DNA of 64,000 bases from Euglena gracilis. Its lineage: Eukaryota. The position numbers were made by a program, and so were the translations under genes. The notes under the pieces are model-generated. The model made no database searches. It saw nothing but the letters and a program-made list of their open reading frames with translations, and had not been told where the DNA came from. The stretch spans positions 33,271,455-33,335,454 of the forward strand of contig CP154954.1 in the NCBI GenBank assembly GCA_039621445.1, given 5' to 3'. This document shows positions 46,301 to 58,900 of this stretch, in pieces; position 1 is the first letter of the stretch, and each line of letters begins with the position of its first letter.

Positions 46301-49300
46301 GCCAATAGGGGGGGGTCGCTGAGCTCTTATCTCTTTAGAGTAAGAGCGAAGCTTACCACCCCGGCGCCGGGGGGCCCCACCCCCCCCCCGCCCCCCCCGC
46401 CCCCCCCGCCCCCCCCCCCTGGGTAGGTCCGGAAACCCCGGGATTATCGATGTGACTGGATTTTGTGGCCCCCAAAGTGAATGGCCTATAGGTTAGGAAA
46501 GGATCCCTAGTACCTCCAGAGCCTTTCGGTTACCCGCAACTCCCCGCCAGTCCGGAGATATGGCCCGAGCAAAAAAGTTGTCTACCGTTTTTTTTCCAAA
46601 GAAATTTTGTTGGACCGGCAAAAGGGGCCATTTTTGGGGTCAAAAAATCGAAAAATTCAAAATATCTCGAAAACGCTGGGGAGTTGAGAAAAAGTAAAGA
46701 GTACCTCATTCCACAACTTTGGGACGCCCTATCCACCGGTATGCGCGGTTTGGTCCAACTCCCCGCCTGGCCCGAGATATGGCCGTTTTTCGGTCCAAAT
46801 GGCCGTTTTGTACACTTTTCCCACTGTCCGACTTAGCCGTTTTCTGGCCAAAAAGTCGAAAAAATCGAATTTTTTTTTTCGCCCAAAACCATGTTTTTTG
46901 GCCTCCCGGACCCGAAAAAAGTGTTTTTGAGCTGAAGATGAGCGTTTTTCGACCCGCCAGCGCCCCGTTTTGGTTCGCCAACCCATTGACTTTGGGTCAA
47001 AACCAGGTCAAAAAAGTCGAAAAAAATCGAAAAAATTTTTTTCGCCCAAAAACATGTTTTTTGGCCGCCCGGACCCGGAAAAAGTGTTTTTGAGCTGAAA
47101 ATGAGAGTTTTTCGACGCGCCGGGACCCCTTTTTGGTTGGACAACCCATTGACTTTGGGTCAAAACCGGGTCAAAAAAAACCAAAAAAATCGAAAAAATT
47201 TTTCAGCCCAAAACGATGTTTATGGTCTCCCGGACCCAGAAAACATGTTTTTGGGCCAAAAATGAGCGTTTTTCGCAGGCCGGGCCGGAGTGGTCCCCCA
47301 AAGAGCTCAGCTCTACGTCACACCCTGGTCGCTGAGCTCTTATCTCTTTAGAGTAAGAGCGAAGCTTACCACCGGGGCCGGAGACCCCCCCTTACCCCCC
47401 CGCCCCCCCCCCCCCCCCCGCCCCCCCGCCCCCCCCCGCCCCCCCCTGAGTAGGTCCGGGCACCCGAGGATTATCGATGTGATTGGATTTCCGTGCCCCC
47501 AAAGTGAATAGCCTATAGGTTAGGGGACGATCCCTAGTTTCTCCAGAGCCGTTGGGTTCCGCGCAACTCCATGCCAGTCCGGAGATATGGCCCGAGCAAA
47601 AAAGTTGTCTACCGTTTTTTTTTCCGGGGAAATTTCAGGGTCATTTTGGGGTCAAATAATCGAAAAATTCAAAATATCTCAAAAACGCTGCGGAGTTGAG
47701 AAAAATTAAAGAGGACGTCATTCCTCAACTTTGGGACGCCCGATCGATCGGTATGCGCGGTTCGGGCCAACTCCCCGCCTAGCCCGAGATACGGCCGTTT
47801 TGGGGTTTTGGGCCAGTTTGGCCAGTTTCAGCCGTTTCGGGCCCGTTCGGGCCCCGAAACCGTAATTTGCCCGTATCTCGGGCTAGACGGGGAGTTGGAG
47901 CCCAAACCAGGGGGTCAAACATTAGGTTTAGGGGGGGGTTTTGACCGTTTTTTGGGGTTCCCGGGGTCTGGTTGTGCGATTTTGGGCCATTTTTGGGTAT
48001 TCGGGGACCCCTGCGGGGGTTCGAGGGCCGCCATGCTGGGGTCCAAAAATCGAAAATTTCAAAATATCTCGAAAATGCTGCGGAGTTGAGGAAAAGTGAT
48101 GGCGACCTTATTTGACGACCTTGGAACGCCCGATCGATCAGTATGCGCGATTTGGGACAACTCCTTGCCTAGCCCGAGATACGGCCGTTTTGCCAGTTTT
48201 GGCCCGTTCGGGGCCCGAAACCGTAAATTGGCCGTATCTCGGGCTAGACGGGGAGTTGGGACCCAAACTGGGGGTCAAACATTACGTTTAGGGGGGGGTT
48301 TTGACCGTTTTTTGGGGTTCCCGGGGTCTGGTTGTGCGATTTTGGCCAGTTTTGGGTATTCGGGGACCCCATCACGCGCCGTTGGGGCGGCTGGGCGAGG
48401 GGGGGTCGGGTGGCAGGTCGGGACCCAAAATTTTGAAAAAATTTTTTTCGCTCAAAAACACTTTTTTTCACTTCAGAACTCAAAAAAAAGTGTTTTTGAG
48501 CGAAAAAGAATTTTCCGACCCGGACCCCTCCATGCCCCCCCTTGGATGCCCCCCCCCTGGCCGGTGGACTTAGCCATTTTTGGGTCAAAAAGTCAAAAAA
48601 ATTCAAATTTTTTTTTTCGCCCAAAACCATGTTTTTTGACCTCCCGGACCCGAAAAAAGTGTTTTCGAGCCGAAAATGAGCGTTTTTCGACCCGCCAGCG
48701 CCCCGTTTTGGGCCGCCGACCCATTGCCTTTGGGTCAAAACCAGGTGAAAAAAGTCGAAAAAAATCGAAAAAAAATTTTTCGCCCGAAACGATGTTTTTT
48801 GGCCTCGCGGACCAAGAAAAACTGTTTTTGAGCCGAAAATGAGTGTTTTTCGACCCACCAGCCGGGCCGGGCCGCCGGCCGCCGGGCCGCCGGGCCGCCG
48901 GGCTACCGGGCCGCCGGCCGGGCCGGCCGGGCCGCCGGGCCGCCGGCCGGGCCTGGCCGCCGGGCCGCGGGCCGGGCCGCCGAGCCGCCGGGCCGTTCCG
49001 GGCCAGGCCGGGCGCTGCGCCGGACTGGGATCGTCTCCCAAAGAGCTCAGCTCTACCTCACACCCTGGTTATGGGGGGGGTCCCTGGCTGGAACTGGGCC
49101 GACCTGGGGTCGAACCTGGGAAAGGCCAAAAATGCCCAAAAAACTGCCAATTATGCAAAAAAAAATCAACTTTTCGATCCAAAATTTGCCTGGCCAGCCC
49201 AAAGCCGACCCGTTATTTGCCCATTTTGGCCAATTTTGCACCCCCGAAAGCCAAAAATCCGTCACCGTCCAGCCGCCCAAAGGGCGGCTGGAAAACGACA

Positions 49301-49637
49301 ACTCGTCGATGGGGGGAGGCTGCTGGCTGGCTGGATCCCGCCAGGCATGGGGTCCACTTCGGCTCAAGTGATGTGAATGTCTCCAGCCAAGGTGCCAAAG
49401 CCCACATCAGAAGAATTGCTGTGGTCCCCTGCATATGATTGATGATGCATCGTTGCACTCCGGCAGCAAATTTGAACATCAAGCGGAATTCACGCGGTGT
49501 TGCGGGCAATGGTCACCCAACTGTCACATCAGCCTGAAGGAAAGCAAAAGGTTCCCTTTCATAAATGGGGGGCCATTGGATATGTGGTCTGGGAGGTTTC
49601 CGACGCAGATGGTGGTCGATGCTTCAACCAATGCCAT
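43349..49637 (-). CDS. Two-RRM RNA-binding protein with a Gly/Arg-rich linker (paralog A), 7 exons, all six introns nonconventional
   Basis: Exons 49637-49582, 49501-49435, 45377-45303, 44904-44800, 44224-44025, 43643-43577, 43489-43349 join in frame: MALVEASTTICVGNLPDHITPREFRLMF...GHQVGYARF...HGYPLDEDFPQTLKVFMS...SVYVGGVPHDWDETALQSLFEGFG...GNIAFIHF...MNNYPLDETRHLVVRANTSAKGL*. Aligns with paralog B. Confidence 0.9.
45391..45894. mobile_element. hAT-like MITE, TSD CAGGGGAC, inside intron 2 of paralog A
   Basis: caggggac-CAGGGaatttcttaag ... cttaagaaattCCCTG-caggggac. Confidence 0.95.
46317..49069. mobile_element. Head-to-tail pair of a non-autonomous element with asymmetric subterminal inverted repeats (Helentron/HINE-like)
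   Basis: Units ~46317-47329 and ~47330-49069 both start cgctgagctcttatctctttagagtaagagc (hairpin) and end aagagctcagc-tctac.tcacaccctggt. Confidence 0.6.
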
Positions 49638-51786
49638 AATATTGTTGCGTACCTGTGAGAGCAAATGAGGGTGGAAATGCAACTGAAACCGTGTTGAATA
49701 AAAGCTTTCGAAGTGTGCTAATCAGGGCGTTTTTTTTACGACCCACTGGAAAGGATGAACAGGGGAGTTATCCAGTCAAACGAGGAGAGCGGGACAGGGC
49801 TGTGGGGGGAAGGCTGGGGAGGAGGGGATGGACCATGGAGGGGGGGGATATGCAACAAGGCTCACCAAATATGCAAGGCAAAAAAAAAATGCAAAAAAAA
49901 ATACGCAAGCTTTGCATAAATCCCCTGAGGAGCTCCCCGGGGCTGTGCACTTTTTCACTGGAGATGACTTCGTTGGTTCCTAAAATCTGTTTTGAAAATT
50001 TTCCAAGACAAATTTTTGAAAGCTTTTTAAAGTGCCTGGGCCAGACCCCCCCAGGGGGGGGTTCTCGGACAGAAAATTGGTTTTGGTGCGAGGCAGCCAA
50101 TTTTTTTTGGGAAATGCCCTATTTGCTATTTTTGGAACCTGCCGAGGAGGGGGTGGGGGGAGGTCCACACCATACCATTGGTTGCCGACCCCCAAGGGGG
50201 GGGGGTAACTTTCCACTTTCAAAAAGCCAGTTATTCACTTTTCAAAAAAGGATTTGGTCAAACCCCACCTCCGGGGGGGGGGTCTAGGGCCAAAAACCAG
50301 TCAGTCACTCCGAAAAAACCAGTCAGCCACTCCCGGGGCAGAACGGGAAGGCCTGGGGGGGGGGGGGTCGACCCCCCCCCACCCACCACAGCATCTTCAT
50401 CGATTTCGGGAAAATAGGGATTTTGGCCGAAATTTTTTGAACTTTTTTGAAAAATGAATTCAAAACACATGATTTTTTGATGGAAAACCACATTTTTTTC
50501 CACAAAAAAATCTCAAAATTTTCAGGGTTAAAAATTGGTATTCTTAGGAGGGGGGGGGTGAAAAAAACCAACGTCAAAAAAAAGTGGACCAAATTTTGGC
50601 ACAGTCAAATTTTACTGACATTTTTTCTCTGTGAAATTTTTTTGGATTTTCAATGGCATTTTTTTTTGGCTTCCAAACCAGCCCCCACCCACACGGGGGG
50701 GTCGACCCCCCCCACCCACCACCCTGGCTGTTTGGCCGATTCCCGTTCCGCCCTGGCCACTCCCCTGGGGTGGTGTGGTCCTGAAACAATGGGATAATCC
50801 AGACCCCCCTTCCGCTCACCTAATACCCCGGGGGGGGGGGTTCAGACCCCTCCGGTCAAAGGGGTTGGACTACCCCCCGAAAGCCCGGATGCCTGGTGAA
50901 AGCCCGGATGCCTGGTGAAAGCCCGCCTACCTGCCAACCATGGGAAACCTGTTCATCCCTGGACCTCACGCGAAGCAATGCGAACTGCACAAAACAAAGG
51001 GGTGAGAGGATCGACGGTGGTGCCTGTGAGCCGTCGCCTTCATCAGTGATGGTGCGTCCGAACAGTGAGGCCTTCTTCAGGCATCAGGCGATAATTGTGG
51101 CCTAAAACGCACAGCAAACGAACGGAGGAAAGAGGGAGTTCAGAAAGGTTCGGGATGGCGTGCAGCACCAGTTGCGGCAAGTGGTGACCGCAGCCATTGA
51201 AAAGATACATCTCAAAAAAATGAATGGATGGAGAACTTGACAACAGCGTTTTAAACCAAAAAACCACTGTCCCCCAACGAAAGCTTCTCTTTCTTTTGGC
51301 TGGAGATAATGTTTTCACTTCCTACTCCCATTGACGAAATTTGAACGATGCTTTCCGCAAGAAAAAGACATCATGCAGAGGAAATCAAATGGGTTTGAGA
51401 GTGACCCCTTTGCCATCAACATGCGTCAAATCCCACATGGTTTTTAAGTTCTTTGGGCCTCCCAGACGAGGAAGGAAACTGAAAACAAAAAGTAACATCA
51501 CGGTCTCGATTGTGTTTCAGAGGTATCTTTGGCAGAATACAACCTCCGTCGCTTGCATATGTGAAATACCTTGATCATAATTCTTGGCTTTGTGCTATGG
51601 CGTCTCAATTTGAGTGCTTTACAATGCAGAGGAGGGAGCAGGCTTCTTATTAAAATACGAGGGGGAACAGAGGAAGGGAACTGTCCATCCATTTTCCAAA
51701 TTAACTTGGGAAATGCCCTGCTTTCCCGCCAGGGGTTTTATTTTTAAGACCGGGGGGAGGGGTCCCCTCCACCCACCCCCTTGAGT

Positions 51787-52012
51787 GTATGTATATGTGT
51801 ATGTATGTATGTATGTATGTATGTATGTATGTATGTATGTATGTATGTATGTATGTATGTATGTATGTATGTATGTATGTATGTATGTATGTATGTATGT
51901 ATGTATGTACGTACGATGTATGTACGTACGATGTATGTATGTATGTAGTATGTATGTATGCTTGTATGTACGTATGTATGTATGTATGTACGTATGTATG
52001 TATGTATGTATG
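51787..52012. repeat. (TATG)n microsatellite
   Basis: About 225 bp of tatg repeats with interruptions. Confidence 0.98.
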
Positions 52013-52014
52013 TA

Positions 52015-52680
52015 CCTCCCCCCCCTGTCCAACGACCACTAATGTTCGTCTCCGACCGGGGGGGGGGGGGGGGTCGTTAGACAAGGGGGGTGGGCCCCAG
52101 GCCGGCAATAAATTGGCCACATATGGGGGTCATTTTGGACAACTTTGGGCGATTTTCGGCATTTTTGACGACTTCTGCCATTTTTTGGCCATTTTTTGCC
52201 ACGTTTGGTTTCATTTAGCCATCCTTGGCCACTGTTGGCCATTTTGGGTTTCTTTAGCCATTTTTTGGCCACTTCTGGCCATTTTGGGCAATTTTGGGCC
52301 ACTTTTTGCCCAATTTCAGGCCATTTTTGCCCACTTTTGGCCATTTTTGGCCAACTGGAATCAAATTTCAGCCGTTTGGAACAATCTCACACTTCCATAA
52401 ATTTCAGTCATTTTGGGATGATTTGTAACTATTTTGGGGAGCTTTTGGCCTTTTTTTGTGCCGTTTTGGCATTTTCAGCCATTTTAGGGAGCCATTTTAG
52501 GGTGGTAATCCCAAACAAATTGCAAAAAAAGCATCACTGCAACATGCAAATGCAACTAAACCGAAAATAAAATCACACAATTTCTTTTGCAGTACTGAAC
52601 CAACATCGTATACAAAAAGTCGTCTCTGACCGGGGGGGGGGGTCGTTAGACAAGCTCGGTCGTTGGACAAGGGGGGGAGG
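52015..52680. mobile_element. TA-flanked MITE abutting the microsatellite
   Basis: ta-cctcccccccctgtccaacgacc ... ggtcgttggacaagggggggagg-ta. Confidence 0.75.
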
Positions 52681-53132
52681 TATGTACATCCATCCATCTA
52701 CCCATCTACTCAGGGGGGGTGAAAAAGTGAGCTCCTTTTCACTCGGGGAAAAGTGAGGGGGACCACTCACTTTTCCCCGAGGTTGGTCCAACCTGCCAAA
52801 AAGGCAGGTTGGTCCAACCTGCCAAAAAGGCCAAAACGTCGTATATTTCCTTTGATTTGGTGTCTCCTCAAAGTTCAAGTATCCATGCCTTTTTCTGGGT
52901 TTGCCTCCCAAGCAGTGACCTGTGCCGGCTTGCAGATAAAGCTTTCAAAATGGACCAAAAAGACTTTTTCAGGGTGCCTGGGGGGGGCACATATCTGAAA
53001 TTGTGCGCCTGGAGCAAAGTGCCGGAAGCAGGGGTTTTTTTAGTCTTGGACCCCCCCCCTGGGGGGCAGGCAGGGCAGGCGGGTCTGGCTGAGCCCCCCC
53101 CCCCCCCAGGTCCTTCAAGGGAGGTGGGATAT

Positions 53133-53308
53133 ACCACCCCCCCCCCTTATTGTCCCACCGACCTCCCCCCGGGAGGCCCGACCGGACGATAAGGGGGGGG
53201 GGGACAATAAGGGGGTACCAAAGGAATTTCATTGGCCGAGCCAAAAAACCCCCCGTCGGCCGGGGCCGAGGGACAATAAGGGGGGGGGGACAATAAGGGG
53301 GGGGGTGG
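53133..53308. mobile_element. Short TA-flanked MITE; second copy at 63150-63327
   Basis: TIR ccaccccccccccttattgtccc / gggacaataagggggggggtgg with TA on both sides. The two copies are nearly identical. Confidence 0.88.
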
Positions 53309-53822
53309 TAAAACCCCCTCCCAGTGATAAACCCCCGAAAGTTTAATGGATCCGGTTTGGTTGGTCGGCCGAAGGGGGGGGGGTTATAAGTGGGGGGGGT
53401 TTAAGTCCCGGAATTGTTGATGAAAATCCGACCCCCAAAAATGACCCCGAAACCCCCCCAAATTGGCAATTTTTGCCAAATTTGGTCAAAAATGGCATTT
53501 TTGACGATGGTTGGTCTCAAAAAAAAAACTGCCAAAAAATCAACTTTTGGTGGTTTGCGGCCGAAAAAAAATTGTCCCCGGTGGCTTTCGTTTTTCTTCC
53601 CCGGGGGGGGGGGGTTATAAGTCCCGGTTTGGTTGGTCGGCCCGAGGGGGGTTTATAAGTAGGGGGGGGGGGGTTATAAGGGGGGGGGGTTATAAGTGGG
53701 AGGGGGGGTTTACTTTTCGGTGCTGAAGGCGCCGAAAATTTTTCAAAAGGGTGCTACTTTTGGCATTTTCGCAATTTTTTTGGCACATATCCCCCATGAC
53801 CCCTGACCCTCAAAGTGCCAAA

Positions 53823-55317
53823 CGGTAGACTGGGGGGGGGGGGTAGTGGGTAGTCGGCCGACTAGTCGGCCGACTACCCAATTGGTCCACCGACTAGTCG
53901 GCCGACTAATTGGTCGGTAGCTAGTCGGCGGGGGGGTAGTGGGTAGTCGGCCGACTAGTCGGCCGACTACCCACTCTAATGTACTAACGGGTCAAAACCG
54001 CCGACTTTTAAGCCCCCCCCCTGGGAAAAAAAATTTGTCTAATTCACCTCAACGCCGGTCAAAACCCACCCAAATGGCTCCAGAACCCCCCAATCGGGGG
54101 TGAATATGCAAAAAAATTGGGGGAAAATGTCCATTTTGGGCCACTTTTGACAAAAATACACCTCTCCCCATGAATTTTCAATATAAGTCAAAATTTGCAC
54201 AAAAAAAGGGTCTTATCCCTCCAAGTCTATTGCCAACATAGAAGGGATTTTGTTATTTGAGGGGGGGGGGTGCGGGGGGGGGGGGCGGAGCCCCCCCCGC
54301 CTATGCCAAAGTGAGCCACAAAAACGACTTAGCCCCCGAGTATGTTGCAAACACAGAAGGGATTTTGTTATTTGGGGGGGGGGTGCGGGGGGGGCGGAGC
54401 CCCCCCCGCCTATGCCAAAGTGAGCCACAAAAACGACTTAGCCCCTGAGTATGTTGCCAACAGAGAAGGGATTTTGTTATTTGAGGGGGGGGGGTGCGGG
54501 GGGGGCGGAGCCCCCCCCGCCTATGCCAAAGTGAGCCACAAAAACGACTTAGCCCCCGAGTATGTTGCCAACAGAGAAGGGATTTTGTTATTTGAGGGGG
54601 GGGGTGCGGGGGGGGCGGAGCCCCCCCCGCCTATGCCAAAGTGAGCCACAAAACGACTTAGCCCCCGAGTATGTTGCAAACACAGAAGGGATTTTGTTAT
54701 TTGAGGGGGGGGTGCGGGGGGCGGAGCCCCCCCCGCCTATGCCAAAGTGAGCCACAAAAACGACTTAGCCCCCGAGTATGTTGCCAACACAGAAGGGATT
54801 TTGTTATTTGAGTCTCGGATTGGGGTGGAGGGGGGAGTTTTCTGCCTCTCGTGATGCAAAACGCAGATTGCAGATTGCATTTCTAAAGGATTTTAATGTA
54901 ATCCCTATTTCATCATTGGTTTTTTACCCCTCCGGACCCCCATCAAGGGCACACCCACCCCCCACTGACCAAAGATTTCCATCTGGGGGTGTTTATTTAG
55001 GCGTAAGACACTTATTTGGACCCACCCGGACCATTTCCGGGTGATTTGGGCCCGCCACAGGCCATTTTTATGACCGCCGACTAGCCACCGACTAGTTTCC
55101 ATTGGATTTTGTTCATGGGGGGGGGGCTTAAAAGTCGGCGGTTTTGACCCGTTAGTACATTAGAGTGGGTAGTCGGCCGACTAGTTGGCCGACTACCCAC
55201 TACCCCCCCCCCCCTGTCTCGCCGACTAGCTACCGACTAGGACTAGTCGGTGGACCAATTGGGTAGTCGGCCGACTAGTCGGCCGACTACCCACTACCCC
55301 CCCCCCCCAGTCTACCG
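53823..55317. mobile_element. Long-TIR (~195 bp) foldback element carrying an internal minisatellite; right end tandemly duplicated to ~55720
   Basis: cggtagactggggg...cttttaagccccc at 53823-54020 is inverted at ~55116-55317. 55088-55403 is repeated at 55404-55720. No TSD recognised. Confidence 0.8.
54228..54812. repeat. ~110-bp minisatellite, about 5 copies
   Basis: Unit atgttgc.aaca.agaagggattttgttattt...cctatgccaaagtgagccacaaaaacgacttagcccccgagt. Confidence 0.95.
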
Positions 55318-55918
55318 CCTTGCGCCGACCCTCAAGGAAGGTTTCGGTTTAAAAAATGGTGTTTTTTTTTCACTGGCTGTCCAGGGGTTCACAAGAAAGT
55401 CCACCGACTAGTTTCCATTGGATTTTGTTCATGGGGGGGGGGGCTTAAAAGTCGGCGGTTTTGACCCGTTAGTACATTAGAGTGGGTAGTCGGCCGACTA
55501 GTTGGCCGACTACCCACTACCCCCCCCCCCTGTCTCGCCGACTAGCTACCGACTAGGACTAGTCGGTGGACCAATTGGGTAGTCGGCCGACTAGTCGGCC
55601 GACTACCCACTACCCCCCCCCCCCAGTCTACCGCCTTGCGCCGACCCTCAAGGAAGGTTTCGGTTTAAAAAATGGTGTTTTTTTTTCACTGGCTGTCCAG
55701 GGGTTCACAAGAAAGTCCACTGGCCAATTTTTGCCGGTTGCAGTCCAGCCCCCTCCCTCAAAGGGGGGGTCTGCTAGGATGCAGTGAAATCTTTTATATG
55801 GGCGGACATGTTTCTGGGCTGAAAAAAATTGTCTTTTGGGCAAACAGATATCCACAAGTTGAGTTTCTTTATGATCCCTCCACCATTCAAGAGAAGCAAG
55901 CCAAAAACAAGCTGGTGC

Positions 55919-58900
55919 CTAGATTCGTGGGCTGCTGGTGTTGCCCCGCACCACGAGGTGACGGGTCTCGTCCAGCGGGTAGTTGTTCATGCTCTGGATG
56001 GCGCCTTGGGCCTCCTCTGGGGTTGTGAAGTGGATGAATGCAATGGCATCAGAGATGCAGGCTTCAGTGTCCAGGTGACAAATTCGGCAGGTAAAGCAAG
56101 CAGCAGGTTTTGTGGTTTTTGGCCAGTAAACCATCATAGAAACCTGTTGTGAACAGGCCATTGCTTGAGGAACTCAGCGGATCCACTGGCTAGCCATTTT
56201 GCTGGACACTGGAAAAAATGGACTAGTTAGACCCCGGGGGGCCCCCAGACTGGGAAAAAATTTCCTCCGGCGCTGTGAGCCGAGGTGGAAAGGAGGTTTC
56301 TTTTGCATTTCTCTTCGGCACTTCGCACTGAAACCGAAACCCAGGCCTCCTCCAGCCCATCTGTGTCAGAGGGTTTTTTAGGACCCAGGGGGGGTCTGGA
56401 CCAAAACACTCGGCTTCCGGGAGGGGGGGCACCTTTGGGGGTCAATTTTGGGGTCCAAAAAAAACTTCGGCGCGAATAGAAGAAAACCCTGCCTCCAGCG
56501 GGGCACCATACTCCCCCGAGCTATTCCAAATGGTCAATATTGAGCACTTTTGACAAAAAGTGCTTTTTGAAAACGTCCAAAAAAACGTCAATTTTGGACT
56601 GTACTTTTTTGAACTGCACTTTTTAAAAAGTGCTATGACAGTGACCTAATCCCGCCCCCCCCCCATGGGAATAGCTCGGGGGGGCATGGTTCCCACTCGC
56701 CCTACCCCACCCCCCCAGGGGGTTCGGCCGGGACCCATCCACCGGGTCATGAAACTTAAAAAATTTCTGGTCTGTGACCCCGCCGGGGGGGGGGGGGTCT
56801 TCTGAGTTTAGAAAAGCCTTCACTGGATAGCACACTCTTGCATTGCTGCGGCAGGTTCCTCCTTGGAATGTCACAACGACATTTTCAGTCAACCACATCT
56901 TTCATTTGTGATGATTGTGAACCAACAACTTGAAAAACCTCAATCGTCATCGAGGTCTCTTGAGCAGTGCAAGCGTATAACGCTCAGTTGTTACAGAATG
57001 GGTCATTACCTTTTCCCTATCAATGGATTCGATGAGAAACAGCCTCCACTGCAAACATCCCTGGGTGTTCCCAACTGGGTTGCTTCCACGAGTGAGCTGC
57101 ACTTTGGTGATTGTTCCAAATCCTTCAAACAGGGACTGGAGGGCAGTCAATTGAAGAGAAGAGCCACTTTGAATCTCGCTTGGTTGTTGGAAATGTACAG
57201 AGGGGCTATTTTACCTACCAGACACCTTCATTAAGTTCATCTGGGTGCACACACAAAGGGATTTTGTTAGGGTGCGTGTTTTGGCCATCCTTGCCTTGCA
57301 CACCCAAGGGGGTTTTGTTATTTTGGGGGGGGGTCCCGGGGGCCGACTAAGTTCGCGTTTTGGCAATCATTTTCCTTTTTGGAGGGATATGGGACGCTTT
57401 TTGACAGTTTCAAGGCCATTCCAATGTGTTTCCGTGCATTTTGAGTCAAATTTACTGACTCAAATTTCGGGGGGGGGGGCTTAAATTCAAAAAAATCGGG
57501 AGGTAATGCGGTTGATTGGAGGTCGGGCCGACCTGGTCGGCCTGACCTCCAATGGTCGATAAGCCATAGCCAATGGTCGGCCCGACTTCGTCATAGCCAA
57601 TCATCCGCACGGAGCCCTGTTTTGGAAATAGAGCACCGTGCAGCGTGGAAAAATCTGATGACACCGCTGGTCATCTGGTGATAAGAGCTCGAGGGGCAAC
57701 TTGGCACCCTAACGTTGTACGCAGACCGAGATACGCTCGCGATCGTCGGATCAGCCAGAATCTCAATCGAAATTTGTCGTGATTTTTGGTGTTCCTTACT
57801 TTAAGATGCTTAATGAACCACACAGAAGCGATTTTTCTCTTCGAATCGACGGCCTGAGGGGTCCAGGGGGGCACAAGGATTGTGAAATTAGGATTTCCCA
57901 GTCAGGATACTGGGATACTGGGATACTGGGAAGAGTACTGTGCAGCGTGGCTGAATTTGGTGGTGATTACTGGTTGTCTGATGAAAAGAGCTTTCGATTG
58001 AGGGGTGAGTTTGTACCTGAGCGATCGACACAGCCAGAGATACGCTCACGACCGTCGGAATTTGGCTATCAGATCAGTGGTGAATGATTGGTCCTGGGAG
58101 TGTCCTTACACCGAAGGTTGGGAACGCCGGTTTCCCCAAAAACGCCGCTTTAAAGAGGGGGGTGGGTTGGTTTCTCCGGGCAATTGGGCTTGGCTCGAAA
58201 GGCAGGTTGGGACGAAGATTTTTGCTTTGCATGAGAAGATCTTGATCGGCCTGACCCCCCAAGTAACGGATGGTGGGGTGTGTTGGAAGCATGCTGCGTC
58301 TGTGCTCTGGAAACACTTGGCACTTCCCTGGGCTCATCCCAGTCATGGGGTACACCTCCAACATAAACGGATGAGGGGCTGGAGGCTACACCACCAGGCT
58401 GAAATTGAAATTGGGGGAGGGGGGTCTGGGAGTGCCTCAGGCAGGTGCTGCACCCCACCCCAGGGGGGTGCAGCACCTGCCCCACCCCCCCCCCTCCTGG
58501 CCCGCAGGGGGGTCCGGGGACCCCCTCTCCCCCCCAGGGTTGGTAAAAAACCCAGCATTTTGGGCACTTTTTGGCCCACGACCTGGCCCAAAATTTTTGA
58601 CCCCCCAAAACGACCAAAAGTGCCATTTTGGGCACTCTTTGGGCAAAAATTTGCCAAAAATGCAAAAATTTTCGACGGGTGCCCCCCCAGGGTCGGTCCG
58701 GACCCCCCTGGCAGGTGGGGTGGTCCGGCCCCCCCTGCGGGCCAGGAGGGGGGGGGTGGGGGACACCCCCCCACCTAAACCATGTACGCCCTCCTTATAT
58801 CAAACCTTGGGCACTACCCCCCCGGGGGGGGTCGGATTTCGGTCTGTGCCCAGGCACATTCCTTTGAGGATAGGCCATTTTTGGCTCCCCGGCGCCGGGG

